A stretch of DNA of 64,000 nucleotides, taken from NCBI GenBank assembly GCA_977020255.1, contig CDROCS010004085.1, forward strand, positions 248,001-312,000, given 5' to 3'. The position numbers and the translations under genes were made by a program. The notes under the pieces were generated by a model. That model was given only the letters and a program-made list of their open reading frames with translations, ran no database searches and was not told the DNA's origin. The stretch is from Obrimoposthia wandeli. Lineage: Eukaryota. Shown piece by piece: positions 51,973 to 61,734 of this stretch. Position 1 is the first letter of the stretch; each line of letters starts with the position of its first letter.

Positions 51973-52287
51973 ATGTTATGTGTTACAACGTCAGACATTA
52001 TTGGACGAGAAATTATAGAAACACTGGGTGTTGTTACGGGCAATGTTGTGCAATCTAAGCACGTAGGTCGAGACATTATGGCAGGTTTTAAAACTATCTT
52101 TGGTGGTGAAATTCGGGGCTATACTGAAATGCTCACAGAAGCGCGTGAAGAAGCCTTAAGTCGTGCAATTGCCGATGCACAATCGCAAGGCGCTGATGCC
52201 ATCGTGAACCTTAGGTTTACAACCAGTGCCATTATGCAGGGCGCTTCAGAAATTCTTGCCTACGGTACTGCGGTTAAACTACGTTAA
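51973..52287 (+). CDS. YbjQ/UPF0145 family protein
   Basis: GRDIMAGFKTIFGGEI.GYT.ML..AR; GTAVKL. Confidence 0.92.
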   Translation: MLCVTTSDIIGREIIETLGVVTGNVVQSKHVGRDIMAGFKTIFGGEIRGYTEMLTEAREEALSRAIADAQSQGADAIVNLRFTTSAIMQGASEILAYGTAVKLR

Positions 52288-52295
52288 CTTATAAG

Positions 52296-52325
52296 ACTTA
52301 TGCTTTTGTCGCTGAAAGCATAAGT
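52296..52325 (+). terminator. Terminator-like hairpin
   Basis: ACTTATGCTTT/AAAGCATAAGT. Confidence 0.6.
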
Positions 52326-52720
52326 TGTTCTAATAAACCCTATTCGAAGCCGTTTGCGGGTAATTATTACAGAATCATAGGGTAGAATTACCGGATCTAA
52401 TTAGTTACCTATTTATTAAAATAAAAACAGCAAAACACATAAAAAAGTAATGAATAAAACTTCAAGTGTAATTAAGTTTTTATAATTAAAAATATCCAAA
52501 TTTTCATTTGAAAAACAGATGTCAATATCGTTAATTAAATATTGAAGATCGTTTAAACGCACTTTCCCATAATCCATATGTAAACCCTTTGTTAGTTGAG
52601 AGTTCTAATTTAATAATGCTGAATTAAAATAATCAAATATAGTTCATTGTAAATTTAAGGTTGTAAGCCTGACAATGAATATAATTGTTAAGCCAGCATC
52701 AGTATGGTTTTTCTTTTATT

Positions 52721-52763
52721 AAACTTGTCAAAAACACTTTTATATAGTGAGTTTGACAAGTTT
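52721..52763 (-). terminator. Terminator downstream of catalase
   Basis: AAACTTGTCAAA/TTTGACAAGTTT. Confidence 0.65.
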
Positions 52764-52775
52764 TAATTTATGGCA

Positions 52776-54209
52776 TTAACCAAATAATGTTACTTGAAGA
52801 CCTCGTCCATATTTTTCATCGGCTTTGGTTGCATTGGCAATGTGGCGCTCTTTGATAAATGCAGGTACACCGTTCATAGCACGTGCAGTGTTTTCAAATA
52901 AAATCTGCTGTTGTTCTTTAGTCATTAGGCGGAATAAGTCACCAGCTTGGCTGAAGTAGTCATCATCATCTTCTCGGAAATCATAATGTCCAGCTGAACC
53001 GAATACATCTAGCATCGGCTCTTCAAATTCAGGCTGTTCTGCCCACTCACCAAATGAATTTGGTTCATATCCAATTGTTTCTCCATGATTATCATCAACA
53101 CGCATTGGGCCATCGCGGTGTGAAGCATTAACAGGACAGCGAGGAGCATTGACGGGGATCTGATGATGATTAACCCCTAAACGATAACGCTGTGCATCTG
53201 AATAAGCGAATAATCTACCTTGAAGCATTTTATCTGGCGAGAAACTAATACCCGGTACGACAGCAGCTGGATTGAAAGCCACTTGTTCTACATCTGAGAA
53301 GAAGTTATTCGGATTGCGGTTTAATTCCATGATGCCCACTTCAATAAGTGGAAATTCATTTTTTGGCCAGACCTTAGTTAAATCAAATGGATTAAACGGG
53401 CTTATTTCAGCTTGTTGCTCTGTCATAACTTGGATTGACATTGTCCACTTAGGAAAGTTTCCATCGTCAATTGAATTAAATAAGTCACGTTGGTTACTTT
53501 CAGTGTCGCCGCTAATTACATCAGCAGCTTCACTATCAGTGAGATTTTTTATTCCTTGTTGAGAAATAAAATGAAATTTAACCCACACACGTTCTTTATC
53601 AGCGTTAATCATACTAAATGTATGGCTACCAAAACCATGCATATGACGATAAGACGCTGGAATGCCACGATCACTCATTACAATGGTTACCTGGTGCAAA
53701 GCTTCAGGTAATAATGTCCAAAAATCCCAGTTACTTGTTGGGTTGTGCATATTTGTTTTTGGATCGCGTTTAACTACACGATTCAAGTCAGGGAATTTTA
53801 ATGGGTCACGCAGGAAGAATACTGGCGTGTTATTACCAACTAAATCCCAGTTACCCTCCTCAGTGTAGAATTTCAAAGCAAAACCACGAATATCACGAAC
53901 AGCATCCGGAGCACCACGTTCACCTGCTACTGAAGTAAAACGAGCAAACATTTCAGTTTCTTTACCCACATCCGAAAAGATTTTAGCACGAGTGTATTTT
54001 GTAATATCATTTGTGACTGTAAATTTCCCAAATGCACCTGAGCCTTTAGCATGCATACGACGTTCTGGAATAACTTCTCGATTAAAATGAGCTAATTTTT
54101 CTTGATACCAAATATCCTGTAGAAGCATAGGACCACGAGGGCCAGCTGTCATTACATTGTTGTTATTAGCAACTGGGCAACCTGCTGCGGTAGTTAATTT
54201 TTTAGTCAT
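52776..54209 (-). CDS. Monofunctional small-subunit heme catalase
   Basis: PERRMHAKG (distal His), [20 protein letters not shown] (proximal Tyr). Confidence 0.96.
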   Translation of the reverse strand: MTKKLTTAAGCPVANNNNVMTAGPRGPMLLQDIWYQEKLAHFNREVIPERRMHAKGSGAFGKFTVTNDITKYTRAKIFSDVGKETEMFARFTSVAGERGAPDAVRDIRGFALKFYTEEGNWDLVGNNTPVFFLRDPLKFPDLNRVVKRDPKTNMHNPTSNWDFWTLLPEALHQVTIVMSDRGIPASYRHMHGFGSHTFSMINADKERVWVKFHFISQQGIKNLTDSEAADVISGDTESNQRDLFNSIDDGNFPKWTMSIQVMTEQQAEISPFNPFDLTKVWPKNEFPLIEVGIMELNRNPNNFFSDVEQVAFNPAAVVPGISFSPDKMLQGRLFAYSDAQRYRLGVNHHQIPVNAPRCPVNASHRDGPMRVDDNHGETIGYEPNSFGEWAEQPEFEEPMLDVFGSAGHYDFREDDDDYFSQAGDLFRLMTKEQQQILFENTARAMNGVPAFIKERHIANATKADEKYGRGLQVTLFG

Positions 54210-54264
54210 AATTTATCCCTTTGATTGAACGTCATGGCTTATAGAAGGAAGATCACGTTACTAA

Positions 54265-55362
54265 TTAAAATGTATCGAGTACTGGATAATCAATGTAGCC
54301 AAGCTCGTTTCCACCAAATAACGTAGCGCCATTTAAGTCGGCCAGTTCATTGTTGTTTTTTAAACGTGAAACTAAGTCGGGGTTTGATACGAACGGACGA
54401 CCAAAGGCGACCAAATCAGCATATCCTTTCTCGATAACTTCATTAGCGCGTTCTTTCGTGTAACTACCAGCAACGATAATAGTGTTGGTGAAGACTTCAC
54501 GAAGCTCAACGCGGAAGCTTTCAGGTATTACAGGTGCATCATCCCAGTCAGCCTCAGACAAATGCATATATGCGATATCTCGTGTTTGAAGTTCTTTTGA
54601 GGCATCGATGATAGTTGGAACGATGTCTGGGCAGTCCATGTCTTTGAATGTGACGAATGGTGCTAGGCGAACCCCTACTTTATCTGCACCAATTGATTCG
54701 ATGACAGCATCAATAACTTCAAGTAGGAATCGAGTGCGATTCTCACGTGAACCACCATATTTATCTGTGCGTTTGTTTGAGTTAGTACGTAAGAACTGAT
54801 CGATTAGGTATCCATTACCACCGTGTATTTCAACCCCATCAAAACCAGCATCAATCGCCATCTTAGCTGAGGTCGCGAAGTCTTTTATAACGCGGTCAAT
54901 ATCAGACTGGTCCATTTCGCGTGGTTGAATGCAGTCATACATTGCACCATTACCTTCATCGTCAGAAATCCATACTTTAGTTTCGATAGGCGCTAAAGCT
55001 GAAGGGCCGATAGGAAGGCCACCTTTTTGAAACGTTGGATGTGATACGCGACCAACATGCCATAGCTGACAAAACATAGCAGCACCGCTATCTTTAACGT
55101 CTTTAGTTACAGCTTTCCAACCTTCAACTTGTTCGTTTGTGTATACGCCAGGAGTGAATGAATAGCCTTGCGAGTCATCAGAGATTTGAGTTGCTTCAGA
55201 AATGATAAGTCCAGCAGTAGATCGCTGCTTGTAATACTGGGCCATCATTGAGTTTGGAATGTTTCCCGGCTGGTCTGTGCGAGCACGTGTCATTGGGGCC
55301 ATAACGACACGGTTTTGCAGCTCTAAACCCTTCATGTTTGTCTTTTGGAATAACTTGCTCAT
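54265..55362 (-). CDS. Old yellow enzyme / alkene reductase (NemA-like)
   Basis: MAPMTRAR, QLWHVGR, EIHGGNGYL, FGRPFVSNPDL. Confidence 0.93.
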   Translation of the reverse strand: MSKLFQKTNMKGLELQNRVVMAPMTRARTDQPGNIPNSMMAQYYKQRSTAGLIISEATQISDDSQGYSFTPGVYTNEQVEGWKAVTKDVKDSGAAMFCQLWHVGRVSHPTFQKGGLPIGPSALAPIETKVWISDDEGNGAMYDCIQPREMDQSDIDRVIKDFATSAKMAIDAGFDGVEIHGGNGYLIDQFLRTNSNKRTDKYGGSRENRTRFLLEVIDAVIESIGADKVGVRLAPFVTFKDMDCPDIVPTIIDASKELQTRDIAYMHLSEADWDDAPVIPESFRVELREVFTNTIIVAGSYTKERANEVIEKGYADLVAFGRPFVSNPDLVSRLKNNNELADLNGATLFGGNELGYIDYPVLDTF

Positions 55363-55371
55363 TTCTAAACC

Positions 55372-56001
55372 TTACTTCATTAGTTTAACGTTTGATTTTT
55401 TACTTACAGATTCCATCCAGTCTTTAACTGATGGGTTCCAATTAATCTCTGTCATGCTGAAAAAGCCGCGAAGTATTGAGAACAAAATTGCTTGATCTAC
55501 GATCTTCATTACTTTGTGTGAATTAAGAATGACCCAAGCCTTATCAATTAATGCTTCAGCTTCTTTCGCTATCAACTCTGAATCAGAAAGAAGCTTATCG
55601 AAGTTCAATTCTTCTGTTTCTTTCTTGCCACGCCATGCTTCTTTTGAAGAGTCTGATTCAAACTCTTTAAGGTCCATTTGATACCAACGTGGATAGCCAA
55701 TCTTTTGAAGCACACCAAATGATTGTCGTTGCCACTCAAGAATATCTTCTGATGGAGTACTTGCTTCTATTGAGTCGGCCAAGTTAAGAAAGTGTTCAAC
55801 TATGTCTAGGCTTTCTGAGATGATGCCACCATCGCCTCTAACCATCAGTGGAACTTGTTTCTTTCCGCTAATTGCGACAGTCGTTTTGTCATCGTCATAG
55901 TCAATAACTGCAATATCAATGGCTATGTTTAGTATTCCAGCTACATATCGCACGCGAGCGCAGAAAGGGCAGTGTTCGTAGATATAAAGTTTCATAATCA
56001 T
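55372..56001 (-). CDS. grxB: Glutaredoxin 2 family protein
   Basis: MKLYIYEHCPFC, GKKQVP, ESLDIV; about 209 aa. Confidence 0.85.
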   Translation of the reverse strand: MIMKLYIYEHCPFCARVRYVAGILNIAIDIAVIDYDDDKTTVAISGKKQVPLMVRGDGGIISESLDIVEHFLNLADSIEASTPSEDILEWQRQSFGVLQKIGYPRWYQMDLKEFESDSSKEAWRGKKETEELNFDKLLSDSELIAKEAEALIDKAWVILNSHKVMKIVDQAILFSILRGFFSMTEINWNPSVKDWMESVSKKSNVKLMK

Positions 56002-56025
56002 ATTCCTATAAGTTGTATTAATTTC

Positions 56026-56886
56026 TTAAGCTTGCTTGAGCGGTATTTGTTCTTTTAACCAGCTATCAATCGATGATTTTCCACCACCCGCCAACATGAA
56101 TACCCCTGAAACAAATATCCACATTGCTGGGAATTCCCAACCGCCAGTAGGAAGTACCCATACATATCCGACAGCATAGTGGCCACCAAGACCTACCGAA
56201 ACGAAGAGGTATATTGCAGATCCAAAACCAGCTAAACGAGTCATAAACCCAAATGAAAGCATGATGGCAAGAGATAGCTCGATAACCCCCGCTAACACTA
56301 CAAATACTTGAGGGAATGGAAGCCCAATGCCACCGAAGTAATCGGTGAAGACAGCAAATGGAGCGCCACCAGCTAATAGGTGACCAGTGAAGTGAGCGAC
56401 GAACATCATGCCAACGTAAATTCTTACTAGCGTCATTCCCCATTCGTAAGCATTTGGATTTCCAATTGTTCGACTTTGAACTGACATCCTTTTTAGCCAA
56501 GGAAGTCTTACTATTTGAACGACCAATAAAGCGACAAGTAATGTACTTGTGAATTCAATGCTTTGTATGCCAGGCCCCGTTTCAGCCACCATGAGTGGGT
56601 CAAGTGACGACAGCGTTGAAAGCTCTATCGTTTCAAGGTGCATTGTTGAGAACAGTCTTCCAAGCGTTAACCCACCAAGCATCGAGCCAATCAACCCAAA
56701 AAATTCAACGTTACCTTTTTTGTACGTCTCAATGAGTGAAGCAATAAGAACCGTTATAAATGCACCCGTTGAAATAAATACCCAGGAACTTAGCCCGTTT
56801 TCTAGCAATGAGTGTACTGAAAAGAAGATAGTGACAACGGCAGTAATGATGGTTAGTAGTCGTAATGACTTATCAAAAGTGTTCAT
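56026..56886 (-). CDS. DoxX-family membrane protein with an extra N-terminal membrane domain
   Basis: LVRIYVGMMFVAH, GFMTR, GGWEFP, GGGKSSID. Confidence 0.8.
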   Translation of the reverse strand: MNTFDKSLRLLTIITAVVTIFFSVHSLLENGLSSWVFISTGAFITVLIASLIETYKKGNVEFFGLIGSMLGGLTLGRLFSTMHLETIELSTLSSLDPLMVAETGPGIQSIEFTSTLLVALLVVQIVRLPWLKRMSVQSRTIGNPNAYEWGMTLVRIYVGMMFVAHFTGHLLAGGAPFAVFTDYFGGIGLPFPQVFVVLAGVIELSLAIMLSFGFMTRLAGFGSAIYLFVSVGLGGHYAVGYVWVLPTGGWEFPAMWIFVSGVFMLAGGGKSSIDSWLKEQIPLKQA

Positions 56887-56932
56887 TTAATTCACCTTTA
56901 ATTAATGGCCCAGTAGATGGGCCTTAACTTGA

Positions 56933-58120
56933 TTAGTTGGCTATTGTCGCTGGTTTTCCATTTACGGCTTCATCATTGCGGTTTGCTTTAGCGATGAAGA
57001 ACAGCCCGATAATAGGCACTACAATTGCTGCGTATGGGATCATTCCAGCGCCAAGGTTGCTATCCAGCACCATTCCACCAAGGAGTCCACCAAATGCGTT
57101 AGCCAAGTTGAACGCTGAGATGTTAGCTGTAGCAGCGAGTTCTTGACCATCACCACCATGCTTCATCACTCGAAGTTGCATCGCTGGAACATTGGCGAAT
57201 GATGCAACACCAAAGATGAATGCAGCGATTACGAATAAGATCTTGTTATCAACAACCAGACCAACAACAACAAGTGATACGATCATCGCAATGGCCCAGA
57301 ACATTGAAGCTTTATTTAGATCTTTGTCTGAAGAGCGACCGCCAAGCGTGTTACCTATGATTAGACCTGCACCCACGATGACAAGGATCCATGTAACAGC
57401 ATTTTCACCGTAACCGGTTACGTGCATAGCAATAGGTGCTAAGTAACCGTAAAGCGTCATGAATCCAGACCAAGCAAAGACTGTGATAGCTAAGCTGATA
57501 AGTAGGGCAGGGTTTTTGAATGCGCGTAGCTGAGACTTAACATCTTTAGCTTCACCGTGCCCCGTTGACTTGATGAATGCAATAATAGAGATCATTGCTA
57601 AAGCACCTAATGCAGCAACAACGAGGAACGTTGAATGCCAGCCATAAGTAAGACCAATCCAAGTACCTGCTGGAACACCAAGAACATTCGCCAAGGTGAG
57701 GCCAGCGAACATCTGACCAACTGCGCGACCTGCCATTTTCTCAGATACCAGATTAGTGGCTACAACTGCACCAATGCCATAGAACGGACCTTGAACCAGA
57801 CCAGCTACAATCCGGCTAATGAACAGCAGATTGTAAGTAGGTGCGAATGCAGATAGAACATTACCAATGATGAATAAGATCATCAGGCCAGATAGAACGG
57901 CTTTCTTATTAAAACGTGATAGATAAATGGTAAGAATAGGGCCGCCAATTACAATTGCTAGCGCATAGGCACTGATTAAATAACCTGCTTGGCCCTCTGT
58001 AATGGTTAATGATGTGGCTATTTGAGGAAGAATACCTGCAATAACAAACTCAGCAGTACCAATTGCAAATGCCGCGAGTGTTAATATCCAAACCTGGAAT
58101 GGTATAGATTCTTTTTTCAT
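56933..58120 (-). CDS. MFS transporter (DHA1/AraJ-like)
   Basis: AAFAIGTAEF, GLTLANVLGVP; 12 TMs. Confidence 0.93.
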   Translation of the reverse strand: MKKESIPFQVWILTLAAFAIGTAEFVIAGILPQIATSLTITEGQAGYLISAYALAIVIGGPILTIYLSRFNKKAVLSGLMILFIIGNVLSAFAPTYNLLFISRIVAGLVQGPFYGIGAVVATNLVSEKMAGRAVGQMFAGLTLANVLGVPAGTWIGLTYGWHSTFLVVAALGALAMISIIAFIKSTGHGEAKDVKSQLRAFKNPALLISLAITVFAWSGFMTLYGYLAPIAMHVTGYGENAVTWILVIVGAGLIIGNTLGGRSSDKDLNKASMFWAIAMIVSLVVVGLVVDNKILFVIAAFIFGVASFANVPAMQLRVMKHGGDGQELAATANISAFNLANAFGGLLGGMVLDSNLGAGMIPYAAIVVPIIGLFFIAKANRNDEAVNGKPATIAN

Positions 58121-58180
58121 TTTATTTTCCTAGGGTATTGGCTGCTGATTAGAAATAACTCAGCAGCTTGTTTGGATTTA

Positions 58181-58849
58181 TTAGTTAACTAACGCGCCGC
58201 CATCAACATCGATGATCGAGCCTGTCATGTATTTGTTGTTGATTGCCAGTGAGTAAGCCATCGCAATTTCAGATGCTTCCCCCGCTTTGCCTGCTGGAAG
58301 GTTAGAGGCTGCATTGGCAAACATTGCATTACGATTAGTTTCATCCATGCTCTTGTAGGCGGCAGTCATCGTTAGACCAGGGCTAATTGCGTTAACTCGA
58401 ACGGGTGATAGCTCTTTAGCTAACACTTTAGTAACAGCTTCAAGGGCTGCATTAATGGCTGTTTTGGTGTAAGTGTTTGCAACAACCTTTCTTGATAACA
58501 TGCCAGTCGTTATGGTGATTGAACCTGTTGGTTTAATGAATCTTGCGGCATGTTTAGCTGCGTTAATTGTTCCCCAGAACTTGGTATCAAACGCTGCTTT
58601 AGCGTCAGCGATATCAACATCTATTACTTTTCCTGCTGGCGCGTATGAGCCCGCAGTAATAATTAGATGATCAAAAGCACCAATTGACTCGAAGTAAGCA
58701 CAGACTTGTTTCTCGTCACTAACATCCAGTCCAGTGCTACGGCTAGCAACATGAATGATGTTGTCATCACCTAGAAGGTTATTGGCGACAGCTTCACCAA
58801 TACCGGAAGTTCCACCAATGATTACGAATGTTTGCTTTTCTTTTAACAT
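58181..58849 (-). CDS. Short-chain dehydrogenase/reductase (atypical)
   Basis: IGGTSGIG, RVNAISPG, MTGSIIDVDGG; no canonical YxxxK. Confidence 0.88.
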   Translation of the reverse strand: MLKEKQTFVIIGGTSGIGEAVANNLLGDDNIIHVASRSTGLDVSDEKQVCAYFESIGAFDHLIITAGSYAPAGKVIDVDIADAKAAFDTKFWGTINAAKHAARFIKPTGSITITTGMLSRKVVANTYTKTAINAALEAVTKVLAKELSPVRVNAISPGLTMTAAYKSMDETNRNAMFANAASNLPAGKAGEASEIAMAYSLAINNKYMTGSIIDVDGGALVN

Positions 58850-59357
58850 GATTATTACCACCTTTCCCGTTAATGGTTGCCATTATATTCATAAACATAA
58901 AATTGATAATTGTATAAAATATGAAATCATTATTCGGATAAACTGAATAGTGGATGTGTGCAGATGTGGCGTTCTAGGTCTGACCAATGAAAAGGGCATG
59001 GTATATGAATGGGTATACAGCGAACTTCTTCAAATAATTAGGTGCTATCTGAGCTGTTCAACAAAGTCTTAAGGGTAAGGGGCAATGAATAATATAAGCT
59101 TTAAGAATATTAAAATGTTGATATGAAATATAAATATATAGCTACAATCTCATTGTTGTTTTAATTTTTATCAATGGCTGAAAGCTTAATGCTATTAATT
59201 AACTCAGTAGGCGATGGGTCTACTCTCGAGGCTAAGTTTTTTATTAAACAGAATAAATTGGATTAGTCATATTAAATAAAACAAGTACTACGGAGACTGT
59301 GGGGGGCAATCTGAATAAGTGACGAAAACACCATCAAAGCGACCATTAATACAAGGA

Positions 59358-59945
59358 TTACTGTCTATGGTACCTGTTTATCACATTTTCTATGGTCATT
59401 ATTCCAAACATAATTTTTCTGACAAATGACTCAGAAGTGCCAACGAAGTAGAAGTGAGGATGCCTAGACCAGATCTTCTGCAGTTTTTTATCTAATTGTA
59501 CAGCCTGTTCAGCAGATTCGTTTCTTACCGGATTGTTACTGTTTATATCATGTCCGGTGGCTGCCGCTGATTCAAAAAAAATCACGGCATCATAACGAGC
59601 GATTTCATGGTCAAAGGTTGAATTTACATCTTTAAAAAAGTCGCTTTCTGTACCCGGCCAGTAGGCTAGGCCGTCAAGTGACCCGCGATCGCAGACCAAC
59701 AACCTATCCGGAAATTGTTTTTTATGGATATTTTCCAGATTTTTCTGTAGCTGAAAAATTGTTTTCTGAATCATTCTGACTGTTTGCTCATCATCTGATC
59801 GTGTTATCCCTCCGGAAAAGAGCAAGGTTGCAGCCTCGGGAACAACGGCAATTTTATGGCGTAGCTCTCTACGAAAGAGATCCAGCGCTGTGGTTTTTCC
59901 TCCACCGGGCCCACCCGTTACGACAACTTGCAACTGCTTTTTCAT
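59358..59945 (-). CDS. AAA_28/NadR-like P-loop protein
   Basis: VVTGGPGGGKTT, VPEAAT, CDRGSLD. Confidence 0.85.
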   Translation of the reverse strand: MKKQLQVVVTGGPGGGKTTALDLFRRELRHKIAVVPEAATLLFSGGITRSDDEQTVRMIQKTIFQLQKNLENIHKKQFPDRLLVCDRGSLDGLAYWPGTESDFFKDVNSTFDHEIARYDAVIFFESAAATGHDINSNNPVRNESAEQAVQLDKKLQKIWSRHPHFYFVGTSESFVRKIMFGIMTIENVINRYHRQ

Positions 59946-60055
59946 TACGACCTCTAACTAGCTAGTTGTGATCTAAGAAGCTTAGTCAAAAGTTGAAAAT
60001 AATGTTTGTGGGGTTCAAAATTATGCACTCTTCTGTCTACGTCCTTCTTACTATC

Positions 60056-60084
60056 GATACGACAGATATTGATACGACAGATAT
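60056..60084 (+). repeat. 15-bp-period tandem duplication
   Basis: GATACGACAGATAT-T-GATACGACAGATAT. Confidence 0.85.
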
Positions 60085-60341
60085 GTTCAATTCGGCAACT
60101 TCAGACCAGAGGATGAACCTTCAAAGAGTGGCATGAAAATACAAATAAATTAACGCCTGATGCTTCAATAACTCCAACCATGAACATCGCTGTACGGTTG
60201 AGTCCATATTTATGGAAGAATGCTAACTGCGGCCGCAAATGAACTCAATACCACTCAAAGCGCGGTCAGTAATAAGATAGCGTGGCTGGAAACAAAAAAT
60301 AGCCAGAGGGTAGAGCACTTAATAAGTTTATGAAGATGCAG

Positions 60342-60722
60342 TTATAACCAGCGTGTCCTAATGATTTGAGCTACAGCATTCCCCCAGTGTTGATAGATTT
60401 CAGGTCCAGGATGGAATCCATCACTTGCCATTTGTTCGGGTGCTAATTGGTGCTCAATGTTAATTATTTCGCAATTACGTAACTGATCAATGAGGTACTT
60501 TTGCTGTTTCATCCATTCGCTAGAACTCAATGGCGTCGTCACATCGTTCACCCCTAAAGAGACAATAACAATGTCGTAATCTTGCTTAGGGTGCTCTGAA
60601 AGGTTTCGCCACACTTTCTTTGTAGTAACACCCGTTTTAGCAATTAACTGCCAATCTATTTTAAATTGATCACATAGCGCGCTAATAATTTGTCCTGATA
60701 ATGCCTGTGATTGATGTAACAT
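60342..60722 (-). pseudogene. SGNH/GDSL hydrolase remnant
   Basis: Keeps AKTG (block II), LGVND (III) and DGFHP (V) but lacks the GDS catalytic block I and the segment between blocks III and V. Confidence 0.65.
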
Positions 60723-61099
60723 GGTATCTCCTTATCAAATGTATTTATCACCAGCCTTATCAATCATAGAGCCAATTTTTATTAATAGGGTGAAAGTCAC
60801 CATAAATCACATTACACATATCAATGCATGCAATTAGAACCCCATTTGGGTCATAACGAGCACTAATTTATTCCACCAAAAAACCTTGTTTCTGAGTTTG
60901 ATTTGAAAAGCTGACATATAGTTGTTAACTAAATAGAATGAGTTTCAAAGCTTGGGCAGCATTATGAGATCGCCATCGATGCAATGAGATCACTATTTCA
61001 CCTCAGGATGCTCAATCGTTATCGAGTGGCTTAATCATAGTAAAAATTTTTTTTTGAGGCGTGCAATAAAAGTGATGTTTGTGGTGAGGAATATTAAAA

Positions 61100-61729
61100 T
61101 TATTTATCTTCAAGTATTTTGTCAATATTCAGTCTTGCAGTAATAGCAATCAGTTCTGCAAGTGACGAGACATCGAGCTTTTTGAAAATTTTAGCACGAT
61201 AAACCTCAATACTTCGTGTGGAAAGGTTTAATTCATTGGCTATTACTTTGTTCTGCATGCCAGTTGTAACCCGCAGTAAAACTTGTTTTTCCTTGTTGGT
61301 CAGGCTTGCTATTTTATGTAGATATTTAGTGGCATACGACTGATTTTTAGAATGTGTTAGTGATTCGAGTAAAACCTTGTTTAGTTTATCTCTCTCTATC
61401 GGTTTTTGAAGGAAATCAAATGCCCCATTTTTTATTGAATTTACGGCCATGGGTATATCACCGCACCCCGTTAAAAAAATGACAGAGAAGGTACACCCGA
61501 GTTTAATTATCTCTTCATATACGGTTAATCCGTCCATTTTCGGCATGTTAATATCGAGAATAACTGCGCCTTCTTTGTAGATTTCTTCTTCGAGTGTTTT
61601 GATGTGATCTAAAAAATGAATGCCTGATGTAAAAACAATAGGTTTGTAACCTTCAATTTCTAAAGAGAATTGTAGTGCGTCAGCCATGCTTTCGTCATCA
61701 TCGACGATATAGATATGTTTTGTAGACAT
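61100..61729 (-). CDS. FixJ/TtrR-type response regulator
   Basis: IVDDD, LDINMP, FLTGCG, FLQKP; LuxR-type HTH. Confidence 0.92.
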   Translation of the reverse strand: MSTKHIYIVDDDESMADALQFSLEIEGYKPIVFTSGIHFLDHIKTLEEEIYKEGAVILDINMPKMDGLTVYEEIIKLGCTFSVIFLTGCGDIPMAVNSIKNGAFDFLQKPIERDKLNKVLLESLTHSKNQSYATKYLHKIASLTNKEKQVLLRVTTGMQNKVIANELNLSTRSIEVYRAKIFKKLDVSSLAELIAITARLNIDKILEDK

Positions 61730-61734
61730 TGTTT

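Noticed and set aside
52340-52410. Overlapping inverted repeats (ACCCTAT/ATAGGGT, GGTAATT/AATTACC) suggesting an sRNA
   Set aside because: Stems are only 7 bp in AT-rich DNA, no promoter or terminator support
59205-59240. GGCGATGG resembling a fluoride riboswitch start
   Set aside because: Downstream GCTRATGAC element is missing and there is no cognate gene
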